Assembly (NCBI RefSeq): GCF_030144855.1
Contig: NC_082731.1
Span: forward strand, 28,458,001-28,522,000
From: Hypanus sabinus
Lineage: Eukaryota
Direction: 5' to 3'
DNA: 64,000 nucleotides
The notes under the pieces are model-generated. The model worked only from the letters and a program-made list of their open reading frames with translations, was not told the origin of the DNA and did not search any database. How positions within the stretch are numbered: position 1 is the stretch's first letter; every line of letters starts with the position of its first letter. Positions 24,261 to 37,778 of the stretch are shown here, piece after piece. Both the position numbers and the translations under genes were made by a program.

Positions 24261-25586
24261 AAGACCATATGATATAGGAGCAGAATTAGGTCATTTGGTC
24301 CCTCATGTCTGTTCCGCCATTTCATCATGACTGATCCCTTTCCCTCTCAGCCCCAATCTCCTGTCTGCTCCCCATATACCTTCATGCACTGATTAATCAC
24401 GAAAAATTAGCCTCTGCCTTGAATATGTCCAGACTTAGCCTCCACAGCTGCCTGTGGTAGCAAATTCAACAGACTCTCTACACTCTGCTGAAAAAAATCA
24501 TCCTCATCTCCATTCTAAAAGGAGCCCCCTCTATTCTGTCCGTCCGTCTTAGTCTCGCCCACCATCCTCTCCACATCCACTGTTATCAAGGCCTTTCAAC
24601 ATTTGATTGGTTTCAATAGGGTCACCACTCATTCTTCTGAATTCCAGTGAGTACATGAAATGCTCTCCATATGACAAGCCTTTCAATCCCAGAACCATTT
24701 TTGTGAATCTCCTTTGAACTCTCCCCAATGTCAGCACATTCTTTCTCAGATAAGGAACCCAAAAGTGCTCACAGTACTCCAAGTTGGGCCTCACCAATTC
24801 TTTCTAAAGCCTCAACATTACATCCTTGCTTTTATCTTGTAGTCCTCTTGGAATGAATGCGACATCACATTTGCCTCCCTCACCAGCGACTCAACCTGCA
24901 AACTGACGTTTAGGAAATCTCACACAAGGACTCCCAAGTTCCTTTGCACTTCAGGTTTTTGAATTTTCTGTCCATTTAGGAAACAGCCTGCCCTTTTATT
25001 TCTTCTACCGAAGTGCATGGCCACACAATTCCGAACATTGTATTCGATCTGCTGCTTCATTGCCCACTCTCCCAATCTGTCTTAGTCCTTCTGCAGCCTC
25101 TCTACATCCCCAAAGCTACCTGCCCCCCCACTCATCTTGATTCATACACAAACATTGCAACAAAGCCAACATTACCATCATCCAAGTCATTGACATTTTT
25201 CGTTAAAAGAAGCAGTCCCACCGCTAGTCATCGGCAGCCAACCAGACAAGGTTCCCTTTTTTCCCATTCCTTGCCTCGTGGCAATCAGCCACTGTATCCA
25301 TGCTAGTGTTTTCCTTGTAATACCATGGGCTCTTAACTTGTGATGTAACCTCGTGTGCAGCGCCTTGTCGAATGCTTTTTGAAAATCCAAGTACACAATG
25401 TCCACTGATTCAATTCTGCTTGGTAAGTCTACAAAGAATTCCAACAAATTCCTCAGGCAAGGGTTTCCTTGAGAAAACCATGCTGACTGTGGCCTACTTC
25501 ATGATGTGCCTCCAAGTACCCAGAAACTATAACCTTAACAATCGACTCCAAAATCTTCCCAACCACTAAGATCAGAATAACTGGCC
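24261..25586 (-). mobile_element. CR1 LINE 3' portion (RT to tail)
   Basis: YLDFQKAFDK...RAHGITRKTLAWI; VRPNLEYCEHFW; tail motif adjoining the BEL TSD. Confidence 0.88.
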
Positions 25587-27694
25587 AAGTAATAGGGAAC
25601 TCGATAGTTAGGGGGTCAGACAGGTGTTTCTGTGGACATGATCAGGAGACCCAGATGGTAGTTTGCCTCCCTGGTGCCAGGGTCCGGGATGTTTCTGCTT
25701 GCATCCAAGATATCCTGAAGTGCGAGGGTGAGGAGCCAGAGGTCGTGGTACATGTAGGTACCAATGACATAGGTAGGAAAAGGGAAGAGGTCCTGAAAGG
25801 AGAGTATAGGGAGTTAGGAAGGCTGTTGAGAAGAAGGACCGCAAAGGTAGCAATCACAGGATTACTGCCTGTACCACACGACAGTGAGAGTAGGAATGAA
25901 ATGAGGTGGAGGAAAAATGCATGGCTGAGGGATTGGAGTGGGGGCAGGGATTCAAGTTTCTGGATCCTTGGGACCTCTTTTGGGACAGGTGTGACCTGTA
26001 CAAAAAGGATGGGTTACACTTGAATCCTAAGGAGACCAATATCCTGGCAGGTAGGTTTAATAGAGCTGTAAGGGAGGGTTCAAACTAATTTGGCAGGGGG
26101 ATTGGAAGCAGAATGATGGAGCGGAGGAGAGGGAAAACAGAAATAGATCTAAGGTAGTGAGCAGTAAGGATGTCAGGAAGGACAGGCAGATGATGGAGCA
26201 AATTTGCAGCCATTGGGATGAGTTGCAGAGCAATCAATGCAAAACGTAGCAAATACTGGACTTAAAGTGTTGTTCATAAATGCACGCAGCATAAGGAATA
26301 AGGTGGATGATCTTTTTGTTTGGCTACAGATTGGCAGGTATGATTTTGTGGCTTTCACTGAGATGTGGCTAAAGGATGCATATCCCTGGGAGCTGAATGT
26401 CCAAGGATATACGGTGTATTGGAAGGATAGACAGTTAGGTAGAGGGGTGGCGTGGCTTTAATGGTAAGAAATGATATTAAATCATTAGAAAGAGTTGACA
26501 TGTTTTCTGGTGAATCCATCGTCGAGAGTGGCAGCTTAAGTCAATAGCTCCTCTGGAAAAACGTGTATTAAGCCCCATTAACCCATCAAATGTAGTATTT
26601 TTTGAAAAATATTTGAACTGAAAAGAGGGGCAAGAATGGGGGAAAAGAATGGAAATAAAAAAACGACACTGTGGAGCCTGCGGCCGAGAGGAGTGCAGCG
26701 AGTGGCTCTCCAACCCAACCGTGTGCTAGCAAGGCGGACGCCGGGCCTCGTTCAGGCGAAGCGGCAAATATGATCGAAATTTTGAAGGAGACAAGGGAGT
26801 TCCAGAAAGATATAAAGCAGCAGCTAAATGATATTAAGTGAGAGCTCGCCAACGTCAATCAAAAAGTAGTGGTGGCAGAGAATCGAATTGAGAAGGTGGA
26901 AGATCGCTTTCAAAACGTAGAACGGATACTGAGAAAGACGATAAAAATATTAAATCACCAAGAAGGTAAACTGCTTGACCTGAAGGGAAGAGCATGGCGG
27001 AAAAATATCAGAATATACAACGTTCCCGAAGGAGCAGAGGGCTTGTCTATGACGGAGTTCATCAGAAAGTTGCTGGAGCTTCCCTCAACTATGGAGCTGG
27101 AAATCGAGAGAGCCCATTCTGCGCTTAGCCCGAAGCCTACCCAAGATAGAGCAGATAAGCCACGCTCAACAATAATTAAATTCCTTCGTTACAATACCAA
27201 GGCGGAGATTCTACGAAGGGCCTGGGGTAAGAAGAGAGTGCTTTTCGATGATAAATTAATATATTTCGACCGAGATCCACCCCCCCCCCCCCCACCCCGC
27301 AGTCCTGCAGAAATGTAAGGAATACTCTGAAGTAATGTGAATCAAACCGAGGGAAAGCTTGGCAGAGGAGTTACCCTGCTCCGCTTGGGAAATAGTGTGA
27401 GAATCGAGAAGGCAGGAGATGGGAGGAGGCCGAGAGAAGTATATCAGGAAGAGACCGGGAGTTTTCCAAAGACAGCCCTCATCCCCTCCAGAAGAGCCAT
27501 AATGTTTGGCTAACTGTTAAAAATGTTGAGAAACTAAATGGAAGCAAAAGTAGATGGTGATATACCTATCTCAAGAAATACTTATTATAATGTGGATTTT
27601 ATATTACTTAGTTGTTATTCTTTGTTCGCTCACTCCTTTTCCCCACCAAAATGAGAATATATATATGTGTGCATATATATGTTTGTTTGTAGAA

Positions 27695-27697
<3 letters not shown>

Positions 27698-27731
<34 letters not shown>
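27698..27731. repeat. (TG)n microsatellite in the L1 inter-ORF region
   Basis: About 17 TG units. Confidence 0.95.
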
Positions 27732-27733
<2 letters not shown>

Positions 27734-30700
27734 GAGTACACAGGGAATTATTTTCTGTGTAATGGATTTGTTCTCTGACTTTTATGAATACTGCAATGGG
27801 GGCCCTCAACTCACAAGTAGGAGGGGTTATCCCCCACAGCTAGACATTTCCTCTCGCTCAACGCAGGGTCATCTACTAGAGACCTCAGCCTTGGAATCAC
27901 ATGTTTGTTTGCCATTTTTGTTAGTATTTGCCTTTCTTGGTTCTTATTTGCTCAGGGAGTAGATTGATTAAGTTTTATTCTGCTAATTTCAAGGATATAT
28001 TGACAGATAAATACAGATGGCTAAGGACAAAGTAAAATTCATTTCTTTTAATTTCAATGGGCTATTAAATCCAATCAAATGAAATAGAATTTTATCCAAA
28101 ATGAGAAAAGAACAAGCCCATGTAGTATATTTACAGGAAACTCATTTAAGTGATAATGAGCATGGAAAAGTAAAGAGAATCGGCTTCACTAATTTGTTTT
28201 TCTCATAAAAATCAAGACATAGGAGAGGAGTAGCTATTCTTATCTCAAGTAAGCTAAATTTTGAAAAAGTATTCGAAATGGGAGATAAAGAGGGCAGGTA
28301 TATTCTGGTAAGGGGGAATATAGACAGAAATTCAGTTACTCTATTGAATATATATGCACCCCCGGGAAGTGATATTGTTTTCTTTCAGAAAATTACTGAT
28401 ATTATGGTAGCGGAAACAGAAGGTCTCCTGATATGTGGGGGAGACTTAAATTTACAATTACAACCAAACTTAGACTCTTCTAATAGAAAAACCTATTCCA
28501 AAATCCTTACATAAGAAAGTTAATACACTTTTTGAGGATGTTTGTTTCATTGATATATGGAGGGACCTTTTCCCCGACAGAAGGGATTACACTCATTATT
28601 TTGCTCCTCATTCTGTATATACAAGAATAGATTATTTCATAACATTTGGAAAAGACAAAGACAAAATAAACACCTGTGGAATTGGGACAATAAATGTAAG
28701 TGACCATGCACCTATAAATCTGTTGATTTTGACCTACAACCAAAGAATACTATTTGGAAACTAAATTCAAGTCTACTCAATGATCCATACTTTAAGGAAC
28801 AAATTAAAAAAGAAATTGGTCTCTACTTGGAATCTAATGATAATGGAGAGGTTTCACTTCCCATTCTATGGGATACTCTGAAGTCTGTCTTAGAAGGGAA
28901 AATTATAACGATATCTTCATACAAGAAAAAAATAAGGAATAAAACATTAGAGGAGTTACAAAATAGGCTAAAGAAAATAGAGCAAAAAATGAATTTGGGA
29001 CAGGATACATTAGGGGAAATTAAAAAAAAAAGTTAGGAATGAAATTAGTAGTTTGGCTACGCAAGAAATCAGGAAAAATGTAATGTTTCTGAAACAGAGA
29101 CATTATAAAAGTGGATCAAAGTCTATGAAAATACTGGCGTGGAAACTGAACAAAAGATAGCAGAAAATACAATTCATAGAATTAGGGACCCAAGAACGAA
29201 AATGATAAAATAATAAGGTAAGTGAAATTCAAGAATCTTTTGAAGTGTTTTACAAAACTCTATATTCCAAAGTTCTAGGGGGAAGCATAACCCAAATTGA
29301 CACCTTATTGAATTCTCTAGAGTTACCCACTTTAAGCGAAGAACAAAATACTTTGTAGAACGATGACTGCTGACATAACTGAAGTTGAATTAAAAGCTGC
29401 GATTAGTAGGCTTAAATTATGCAAATCACCAAGATCAGATGGATATATGGCAGAGTGATACAAAGAATTTCAAAATGAGTTAATTCCTGTTTTACTCCCC
29501 ACACTGAACTGGGCTCTAAAAAAGGCACAAATGCCACCCAGTTGGAAGGAAGCAATAATCTCAGCTATACCGAAAGAAGTCAAGGATAACATGGAATGCG
29601 GGTCATTTAGACCAATATCCTTTCTTAATGTAGATTATAGATTATTTACCTCTATCATGGCCAAAAGCTTAGAGGAGTTTCTACCCATGCTGATACGTAA
29701 CGATCAGACAGATTTTATACGACAACAACAAACACAAGACATTATACAAAGGATATTTCACATTATGGATCATATTCAAAAAAATAAAATCGAAGCAATA
29801 GTGATAAGCGTGGACGATGAAAAGGCATTTGATTCGGTTAATTGGAATTTCCTTTACAGAATTTTACATAGATTTGGTTTCCAAGACACAATTATTAAAA
29901 CAATACAGAAACTATATGAAAACGCTACTGCTAGGATTTAAAAAAATGGATATTTATCAAATAGTCTTACCCTAGAAAGGGGCACGAGACAAGGTTGTGC
30001 ATGGTCACCGCTACTCTTCGCATTATATCTGGAACCATTAGCTCAATACATCAGACAAAATGAAGATTTCAGGGGAATTTCTATTAAAGGGACAGAGCAT
30101 AAATCGGCTTGTTATGCTGATGACATTTTGATCTATCTATGGCAACCAACATACTCTTTACCTAAATTGATGCAATCCTTTGAACAATATGGTCAATTAT
30201 CAGGATACAAGATCAACATAGATAAAACCCAATTACTTTCATATTACTGTAGCCCACCAAGGGAAATTGAAAGTAGATAACCCTGGGCATGGCAAAAAGA
30301 GTCTTTCAAATATTTGGGCATCATTATGCCAAAAGATTTGACAAAATTATCAGAATGTAATTATTAGCCTTTATATAAAAAATTAAGGAAGATATGGCAA
30401 GGTGGAACCTGATTCCTCTTTTCAGTCTCAGTTCAAGGATTGTGTCTATTAAAATGAATATACTGCCCAGACTGTTATATCTCTTTCAGACCCTACCAAT
30501 AGAGATTAATCAAAATCAATTCAATGAGTAGAACAAGAATTTATCAAGGTATATTTGGCAGGGTAAACGGCCCAGAGTTCATCTCAAAACTGAGCAATCA
30601 GCCAAGGAAAAGGGGGGATGGGGCCTACCTTCTCTTAGAGATTATTATTTTGCTGTGATATGTTGGTGCAACCTATCATATGATGCTCAATGGAAAAACA

Positions 30701-30981
30701 TTGAGGAGCAGGTACTTCCCCATACAAGCAATTTTGGCTGATAACAACCTGCAAAGGTACTTAAGTACTATAGATAATCCATGGGTGAAATATACTCTTA
30801 AAATAGGGAAAACTACTATAAAAGAATATAATCTAGAGGGAGATATTGTAATTCTTAAATAGTGTGCATATGACTCAGATTTTACACCAAATAAATTGGA
30901 TGCTAGATTTAAGGACTGGACAGCTAAAGGAATAACAGTTCATTGCAACTTAAAGAAGGAACACTGTTCAGTTTTGAAATG

Positions 30982-33900
30982 TGTTACAAAATTCCCATAA
31001 CTGGATCACTTACCAGCAAAGATAGAGAGGTCCGTTGAAGTCTGATGATACTATTTTTAAAAGTTTTTATTTATAAAGGGGCACAAAATAAGATTAATAC
31101 AGACATTCAGATAATATACGTCATCAATACTCAATCTGAAAACGTGGGTATAATAAAAATCATCAATTAAGCAATAGCTCTATCATTTGTCTAGGGGATA
31201 TTGTATTGTCCGATGGAAAGATAAAAGTCACTGCCCTTTCAAGCTGCAGCTCTTTGGGTTTAAGAGAGAGACGGTTTGAAACTTGCCCGGGTCTTTTGTG
31301 AGGCCAATCCGTTGAGTCGGGGGGAGTTGGTTCCCCGTTGTTAGTTCCAAGTCATTTTCCGTGGTACCAGCCACCAGGCAAGGGAACCGAACACACGTGG
31401 CTTCCTTCAAATGGTTTCCCGCTATTATGGGATCGCTAGCGTTTCTTCTGATGCATCTGAGGGGCAGTCCCTACAGCCCCTCTTTTATCTTAACTCGCAG
31501 GGTAGTAGATGTCAATCAGGTTGGGGTGATGCAATCTCTCTCACAACCAGCCCACTTTGCCCGAGGGCTTGCACGTAGCATAGTCCCCAGTCCACAAACA
31601 TTGTCTCCAGGAGACAATGGCCATGTCTCTCTCTCATTTCCTGGGTCCTCTGACCCAACCCAATAATGCTCTTGTTATTCTCACAAAGGAGGGGGCTACC
31701 CCGCACCCTTTGGCCCCTCAGAACTGTGGTACATTTATAACACCCCCTTTCTTCAAAGCGCTTTCACCAGCGGTGAAACGAAATAGTACAGAGTCTTACA
31801 GGGTTTTAGAATCTAACACAATACAAAAGTTTTTTTTTTCTCTCTACAGAGTAATACAGTGATACATTCAATTCAGGATCTAAACAGTTAACGATTTCAG
31901 TGTCACTTTCTTTTAATATTTTAACATCTTGTACCTCACTAAAGTCTTGTAGCATCAGACTTCAACTTAAATACCAACCATTTTCTTTTCTTCAGCAACA
32001 AAACTAAGGAGTTGTGATCTTAGCTTACTTGCATCTACAAAAGTTTATGTGCATTCTAATCTTTTCGGTCGTTTTCAACTTAACAGGCAGGCTTCCAAGG
32101 GGGTTGTCTTTATTATTCACAGGCTTTGGCAAAATCCCGTACAACCTGCTTTGCTATTTAAATTGGCATCCCCATTAACCATCGCCCCTTTTCCAGTGAG
32201 TTCGCATGTGGGGAACTTGAGTAATCTGGCGAGGTAAACTCCCACCCGCCTTTTTCATAGGGGTTATTTTATCAACACCGTGTCCCAAACTTAGACCATT
32301 TCCACCCAATTCTTTAATTTTACACAGATGGCTAGCCCTCTCGTCAGGACCCTTCAGGCTATTGGTTTTTAATTCAAACTGTTTGTTCAAGCAGCATTTC
32401 GAATTCGGCCTCTTCACACCACATCCTGGCATAACAATAGAGTGGGGGGCCCACTATCTCCCGGCTTACTCTGTAAGCGATCTGCCGGGTTTAAAATTTC
32501 TTCATTCGACTTGGGAACTGCAGATTTTCTGTTTCCTTCAATAATAGTTCTTATCTCCCCATTCTTAAATTCTGCATTAACTTTGAACACACCTTCAAGC
32601 ACAAACACCTGGGAACTCTCACTTCCCACTGTTACCAAGGTTAACCCTTTTTTCACTGAACCAAGTCTATCTGACCCACAAGGACGGCCACCCCGTTCCA
32701 CTGAATGAAATACCTCAGACTTTTTCTGAGCTCCGTTAGTAGGTTCAGTACCACATGCATCCCCATCTTGGACACACTCAAATGGGACATTGACCTCTTC
32801 CAGGCTTTCAATACCCGTTCCCTTTTCAAATTCTAAGTTCCCCCGTTTCTCCCAGGTACTCTCTGGGCAACTCCATTCCGGAGTAAACTCAACCCTGCAG
32901 GCTGAAACAACCTCATCTGCCAACCCAGCAGACTTCTTCGAGGTAATGACATCCTTTTCCTTTAGAACTGCCCTCATTTCATTATCGGCAACACCTTTAG
33001 AATTTTCAACTTCTTCAAACAGTTCTGCCAAACCAGACAGATCATCCTTGTCCAACTCTGGACCTCTTAACCGCTCTATCGGTTCCTCATCTTTATTTTC
33101 TGCCTTTAGGACCTTTCTCTTCGCTAAGGGCAGATCTACCTCCGCTCCCTTACCCTCTTTCACTTTACTACTCTTCGTTTTCCCACCCTCTAAACCCTCG
33201 TGGTACAGGGTCGGTAGAAACATCTCGGCCAAATCAAAACTGGCCAGATTTAAACTGCTTTCGTTCTCAGCTGCCTTTCTCGACAGGCTGCGAGTGACCA
33301 TGCATGCAGGATAGATCTGGGACTCGAGGGGCGGAGCCTCAACACCGGCCGGCTGGTCCTCGTCATGGCTGCCCAAACCTTACCAGCTGCTAAATCGTTA
33401 CTGAGAAGGACGTCTGCGTCAGTACTCGGGAATTCTGTTGGCACCCCTATTTCAACGGGTCCAGACACCAGCTCACAATCCATAATGACCTCATGTAAGG
33501 GCACCATTTCTATCTTTTTATTTATTCCCCTCACTGCTACCATTCCCGTTTTCTGACCAAATTCTAGTACCTTTCTGCTGATCAACGACAGCTCAGCCCC
33601 CGTGTCTCTCCAGATTCGTACGGGAATTGGTGGGTCCCCCTTCCTCAAAGACACGGTTCCGTGTGACAGACAAGTCTCAGACCCTTCTTGCACTCTGTCT
33701 ACCTGGGGCTCTCTTGTCAATTTACTGATAACCACTGCACATCCGAGAGGGACTGCTGCTTTCCCTTTTCCCGTCTCCCTCCTCAGAGCAAAGCACCGAG
33801 ACGCAACATGCCCGCTCTTCCCACAACTAAAACAGGTCAAGCCCTGAAATCTCTGGCCGTCTGGCCTTTTCCCTTCACCTCTAACTCCTTTAGCTGGCGC

Positions 33901-35144
33901 GCATGCTCCCTTTGTTTGTTGGCCCTTTCTCTCTCTCTCTCTTTCTTGGCTCTTTCTCTCTCTCTCTCTTTCTCGGCTGCTTCCAGCTGCTTTAACTTAA
34001 TTTCATGTTCCAACCTTAATTTCTCCAACTCTAACTGAGCCGTCCCACTAGCTGGTACTTTTTCAGGGATATTTTCCAATACCTCAGCTGCAAACACATT
34101 CTTCTCGATGTAATACTGAGTTATGGCCCTTCGCACCTCCCGCTTTTTCATTGACGACCTCACCTCTGCGAGGCTTAACCCCTTCGCCAAATTTACCAAG
34201 TCTGATTTGGTGGCCGCCTCTAGCGCCTCCAGAGTTGGGTTTTCTATAAATTCATCCACGTCCATCTTTGCTGGTTTCCCGTCTGGCTACCCGCATACCA
34301 GATCCAAGTTTGGACTTACAAGCCCGATTCACTGGCTCCCCAATTTGGTTTCAAATCTCGAGACAAGAACCCCAATTGTTACGAAATTCTCGTAACTGGA
34401 TCACTTACCAGCAAAGATAGAGAGGTCCGTTGAAGTCTGATGGTACTATTTTTAAAAGTCTTTATTTATAAATGGGCACAAAATAAGATTAATACAGACA
34501 TTCAGATAATATACGTCGTCAATACGCAATCTAAAAACGCAGGTATAATAATAATCATCAATTAAGCAATAGCTCTATCGTTTGTCTAGGGGATATTGTA
34601 TTGTCCGATGGAAAGATAAAAGTCACTGCCCTTTCAAGCTGCAGCTCTTTGGGTTTAAGAGAGAGACGGTTTGAAACTTGCCCGGGTCTTTTGTGAGGCC
34701 AATCCGTTGAGTCGGGGGGAGTTGGTTCCCCGTTGTTAGTTCCAAGTCGTTTTCCGTGGTACCAGCCACCAGCCCCCAGGCAAGGGAACCGAACGCACAT
34801 GGCTTCCTACAAATGGCTTCCCGCTATTACGGGATCGCTAGCGTTTCTTCTGGTGCATCTAAAGGGCTGTCCCTACAGCCCCTCTTTTATCTTAACTCGC
34901 AGGGTAGTAGATGTCAATCAGGTTGGGGTGATGCAATCTCTCTCACAACCAGCCCACTTTGCCCGCGGGCTTGCACGTAGCATAGTCCCCAGTTCACAAA
35001 CGTTGTCTCCAGGAGACAATGGCCATGTCTCTCTCTCATTTCCTGGGTCCTCTGACCCAACCCAATAATGCTCTTGCGATTCTCACAAAGGAGGGGGCTA
35101 CCTCGCACCCTTTGGCCCCTCAGAGCTGTGGTACAGTCATAACA
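30982..35144 (-). mobile_element. Non-autonomous Gmr1-like LTR element (4.16 kb): partial gag plus protease, no IN or RT; 4-bp TSD AATG
   Basis: LTRs 30982-31742 and 34377-35144 (about 94% identical). AATG at 30978-30981 and 35145-35148. PPT next to 31742; degenerate Pro-type PBS (TGGGGTTCTTGTCTCGAGAT) next to 34377. CFSCGKSGHVASRC; IRIWRDTGAELSLI. Confidence 0.92.
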
Positions 35145-37175
35145 AATGCTTAAAGAGAAACACTATTAGAAAAACAAGATTTTTATTGATATTTACAGAT
35201 GTGACAATATGTTAATAAGACATTTAAAAATGTAACCAAGGCAAGTACATACTTGAGCTATTTTGAAAAACATATAATTCAGATAATGGTTGTAGAATCA
35301 TTTCAAGCATGTATAAGGGGTTATCAAATTTTAAAACACATTCGACTTCATACATAAAACAAAATGGTAGAAGGAAGGAAGGATAATTATATCTGAGGAA
35401 GAATGAACAATAATATGGAGTTATAAATGGAAGTGTACCAGTTCACAGAAATGGAGGGAGTTTGGATGGAAAAACTTCATAAGATATTTTATTACACCTC
35501 TCAGAAATCCCATTATGATAGTAACCTCTCTGTTTGCTGGAGAAATTGTGGAAGTCAAAATGCAAATAATTATCATATTTTTTGGGACTGCCCTGTTATC
35601 AAAAACTATTGGAGGGGGACACTCAATGCCCTACAAGATATCTTTAAATGTGAAATACCCTTAGAGAGTAAGACCATATATTTTGGATATATACCTTAAG
35701 AATGGTTGAAAAGAGATAAATATTTAATGAATATACTGTTGGTGGCTGGGAAAAAGACGCTTACTAGGAAATGGTTCTCGCAGGAGAGCCCAATTTTAAA
35801 TGCATGGATGGAAATTACAATGGACATTTACAAAATGGAGAAGATAACAGCATCTGTTAATCATAAGCTGGAACAATTTGATTCATACTGGGAAAAATAA
35901 TTTAACTACATAATGCCTCATAGGCCTGATTTTATTCTCATAAATCAATGAATATGTTGTAAAAAAATCACTCCCTACTTGTACATAGTTTTTTCCTTTT
36001 GCTTGTTTTCTCTTTCTGCTATTTTCTATAAGTGTATACCTCAAGTAACTACTTTCTGGGGATTTGTGCTATATTTGATTATATGATATATATGTACAAT
36101 GTCTGAAACACATCTTATGGAAATGTTTGATGATCTTCAATATAAAAAAATAAATTACAAAAAAAACAAAAGAGTTGACATAGGATTGGAAGGTACAGAA
36201 TCTTTATGGGTTGAGCTAAGAAATCGCAGGGGTAAAAGGACCCTGATAGCTGTTATCTATAGGCCTCCAAATAGCTGCAGTGATTTGGACTATGAATTAC
36301 AATAGAAAATAGAAAAGGCTTGCCAGAAAGGGCAGTGTTATGATAATTGTAGAGGATTTTAACATGCGAGTGGATTGGGAAAATCAGGTCAGCACTGGAT
36401 CTCAAGAGAGAGAACTTGTAGAATGTCTACGAGATGGCTTTTCAGAACAGCTTGTTGTTGAGCCCACTAGGGGATCTTCTGTACCGGATTGGGTATTGTG
36501 TAATGAACCAGAGGTAATTAGAGAGATGGAAGTGAAGGAACCCTTAGGAGGCAGTGATCACAACATGATTTAGTTCACTGTGAAATTTGAGAAAGAGAAG
36601 CCGAAATCTGATTTGTCAGTATTTCGGTGGAGTAAAGGAAATTACAATGGCATGAGAGAGGAACTGGCCAAAGTTGACTGGAAAGGGACACTAGCGGGAA
36701 GGACGGCATAGCAGCAGTGGCTGGAGTTTATGCGAGAAGTGAGGATGGTGCAAGACAGAAGCATTCCGAAGAAAAATAAATTTTCGAATGTAAAAAGGAT
36801 GCAACCGTGGCTGACAAGAGAAGTCAAAGCCAAAGTAAAAGCAAAGCAGAGGGCATAAAAGGAAGCAAAACTTAGTGGGAAGACCCAGGATTGGGAAGTT
36901 TTTAAAAGCTTACAAAAGGAAACTAAGAAGGTCATTAGAAGGGAAAAGATGAACTATGAAAGGAAGCTACAAATAATATCAAAGAGGATGCTAAGAGCTT
37001 TTTCAAGTATATAAAGAGTAAAAGACAGGTGAGAGTAGATATAGGACTGATAGAAAGTGATGCTGGAGAAATTGTAATGGGAGATAAAGAGATGGCGGAG
37101 GAACTGAACAAGTATTTTGCATCAGTCTTCACTGAGGAAGACTTCAGTAGTATACCAGACATTCAAGGGTGTCAG

Positions 37176-37778
37176 CTAAGACTTTTACTGGAACAAATTA
37201 TTGGAATACAACTTCCACATAGCCCAATATTATTTTTATTAGGCGATATTGAAGGGATAATATTGAAACCTAAATTGAATAAATATCAGAAAAAAATTCT
37301 AAAAATTGCATTGGCAGTAGCCAAAAAAGCTATTGCAGTTACTTGGAAATCAGATTCATACTTAACTATGGACCATTGGAATAATGAAATATATAGCTGC
37401 ATTCCACTTGAAAAAATTACTTATAATTTAAGAAATGAATACGATATATTTTTGAAAATTTGGCACCCCTATCTACAAAAGATAGGACTAAATATATAGG
37501 TCCGTTGAAGATAAAATTATTAGTTATTTGGGGGAAAAAGATATATACTAAAGTTATTTTGAACTCCATTGAGCATGTGGGGATCCTCAGATATCCAGGC
37601 AATCCGTTTTTTCTTCTTTCTTTTTTTCTTTTTTCTTTTTTTTTAGACAGGGATGTTAAGGGGGGAAGGGTTAAGGGGAGAGGGAAGGCTAATATTAATT
37701 TTCATTACTCTGTTATTCTATTCATTTTATGTAATTAAAAATTTAATAAAAATATATATAAAATTAAAAAAAATTAAA
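37176..37778 (+). mobile_element. 5'-truncated L1 3' end (about 600 bp), 11-bp TSD AAGGGTGTCAG
   Basis: TSD at 37165-37175 and 37779-37789; ORF2 C-terminus (LAVAKKAIAVTWKS...LEKITY...FLKIWHPYL); poly(A). Confidence 0.93.

Larger units (their letters stand above)
26502..36168 (+). mobile_element. Full-length L1-clade LINE, 13-bp TSD AAAGAGTTGACAT, interrupted by an LTR element at 30982-35144
   Basis: TSD at 26489-26501 and 36169-36181. ORF1 about 26630-27500 (RKNIRIYNVPEGAE, IERAH). ORF2 from about 28017 ([46 protein letters not shown]). C-terminal CWRNCG...HIFWDC at about 35530-35600, then poly(A). Confidence 0.95.

Noticed and set aside
32442-33314. Plus-strand ORFs up to 174 aa antisense to TE coding regions (also many others in the track)
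   Set aside because: Shadow frames of the retroelement ORFs, with no independent motifs.
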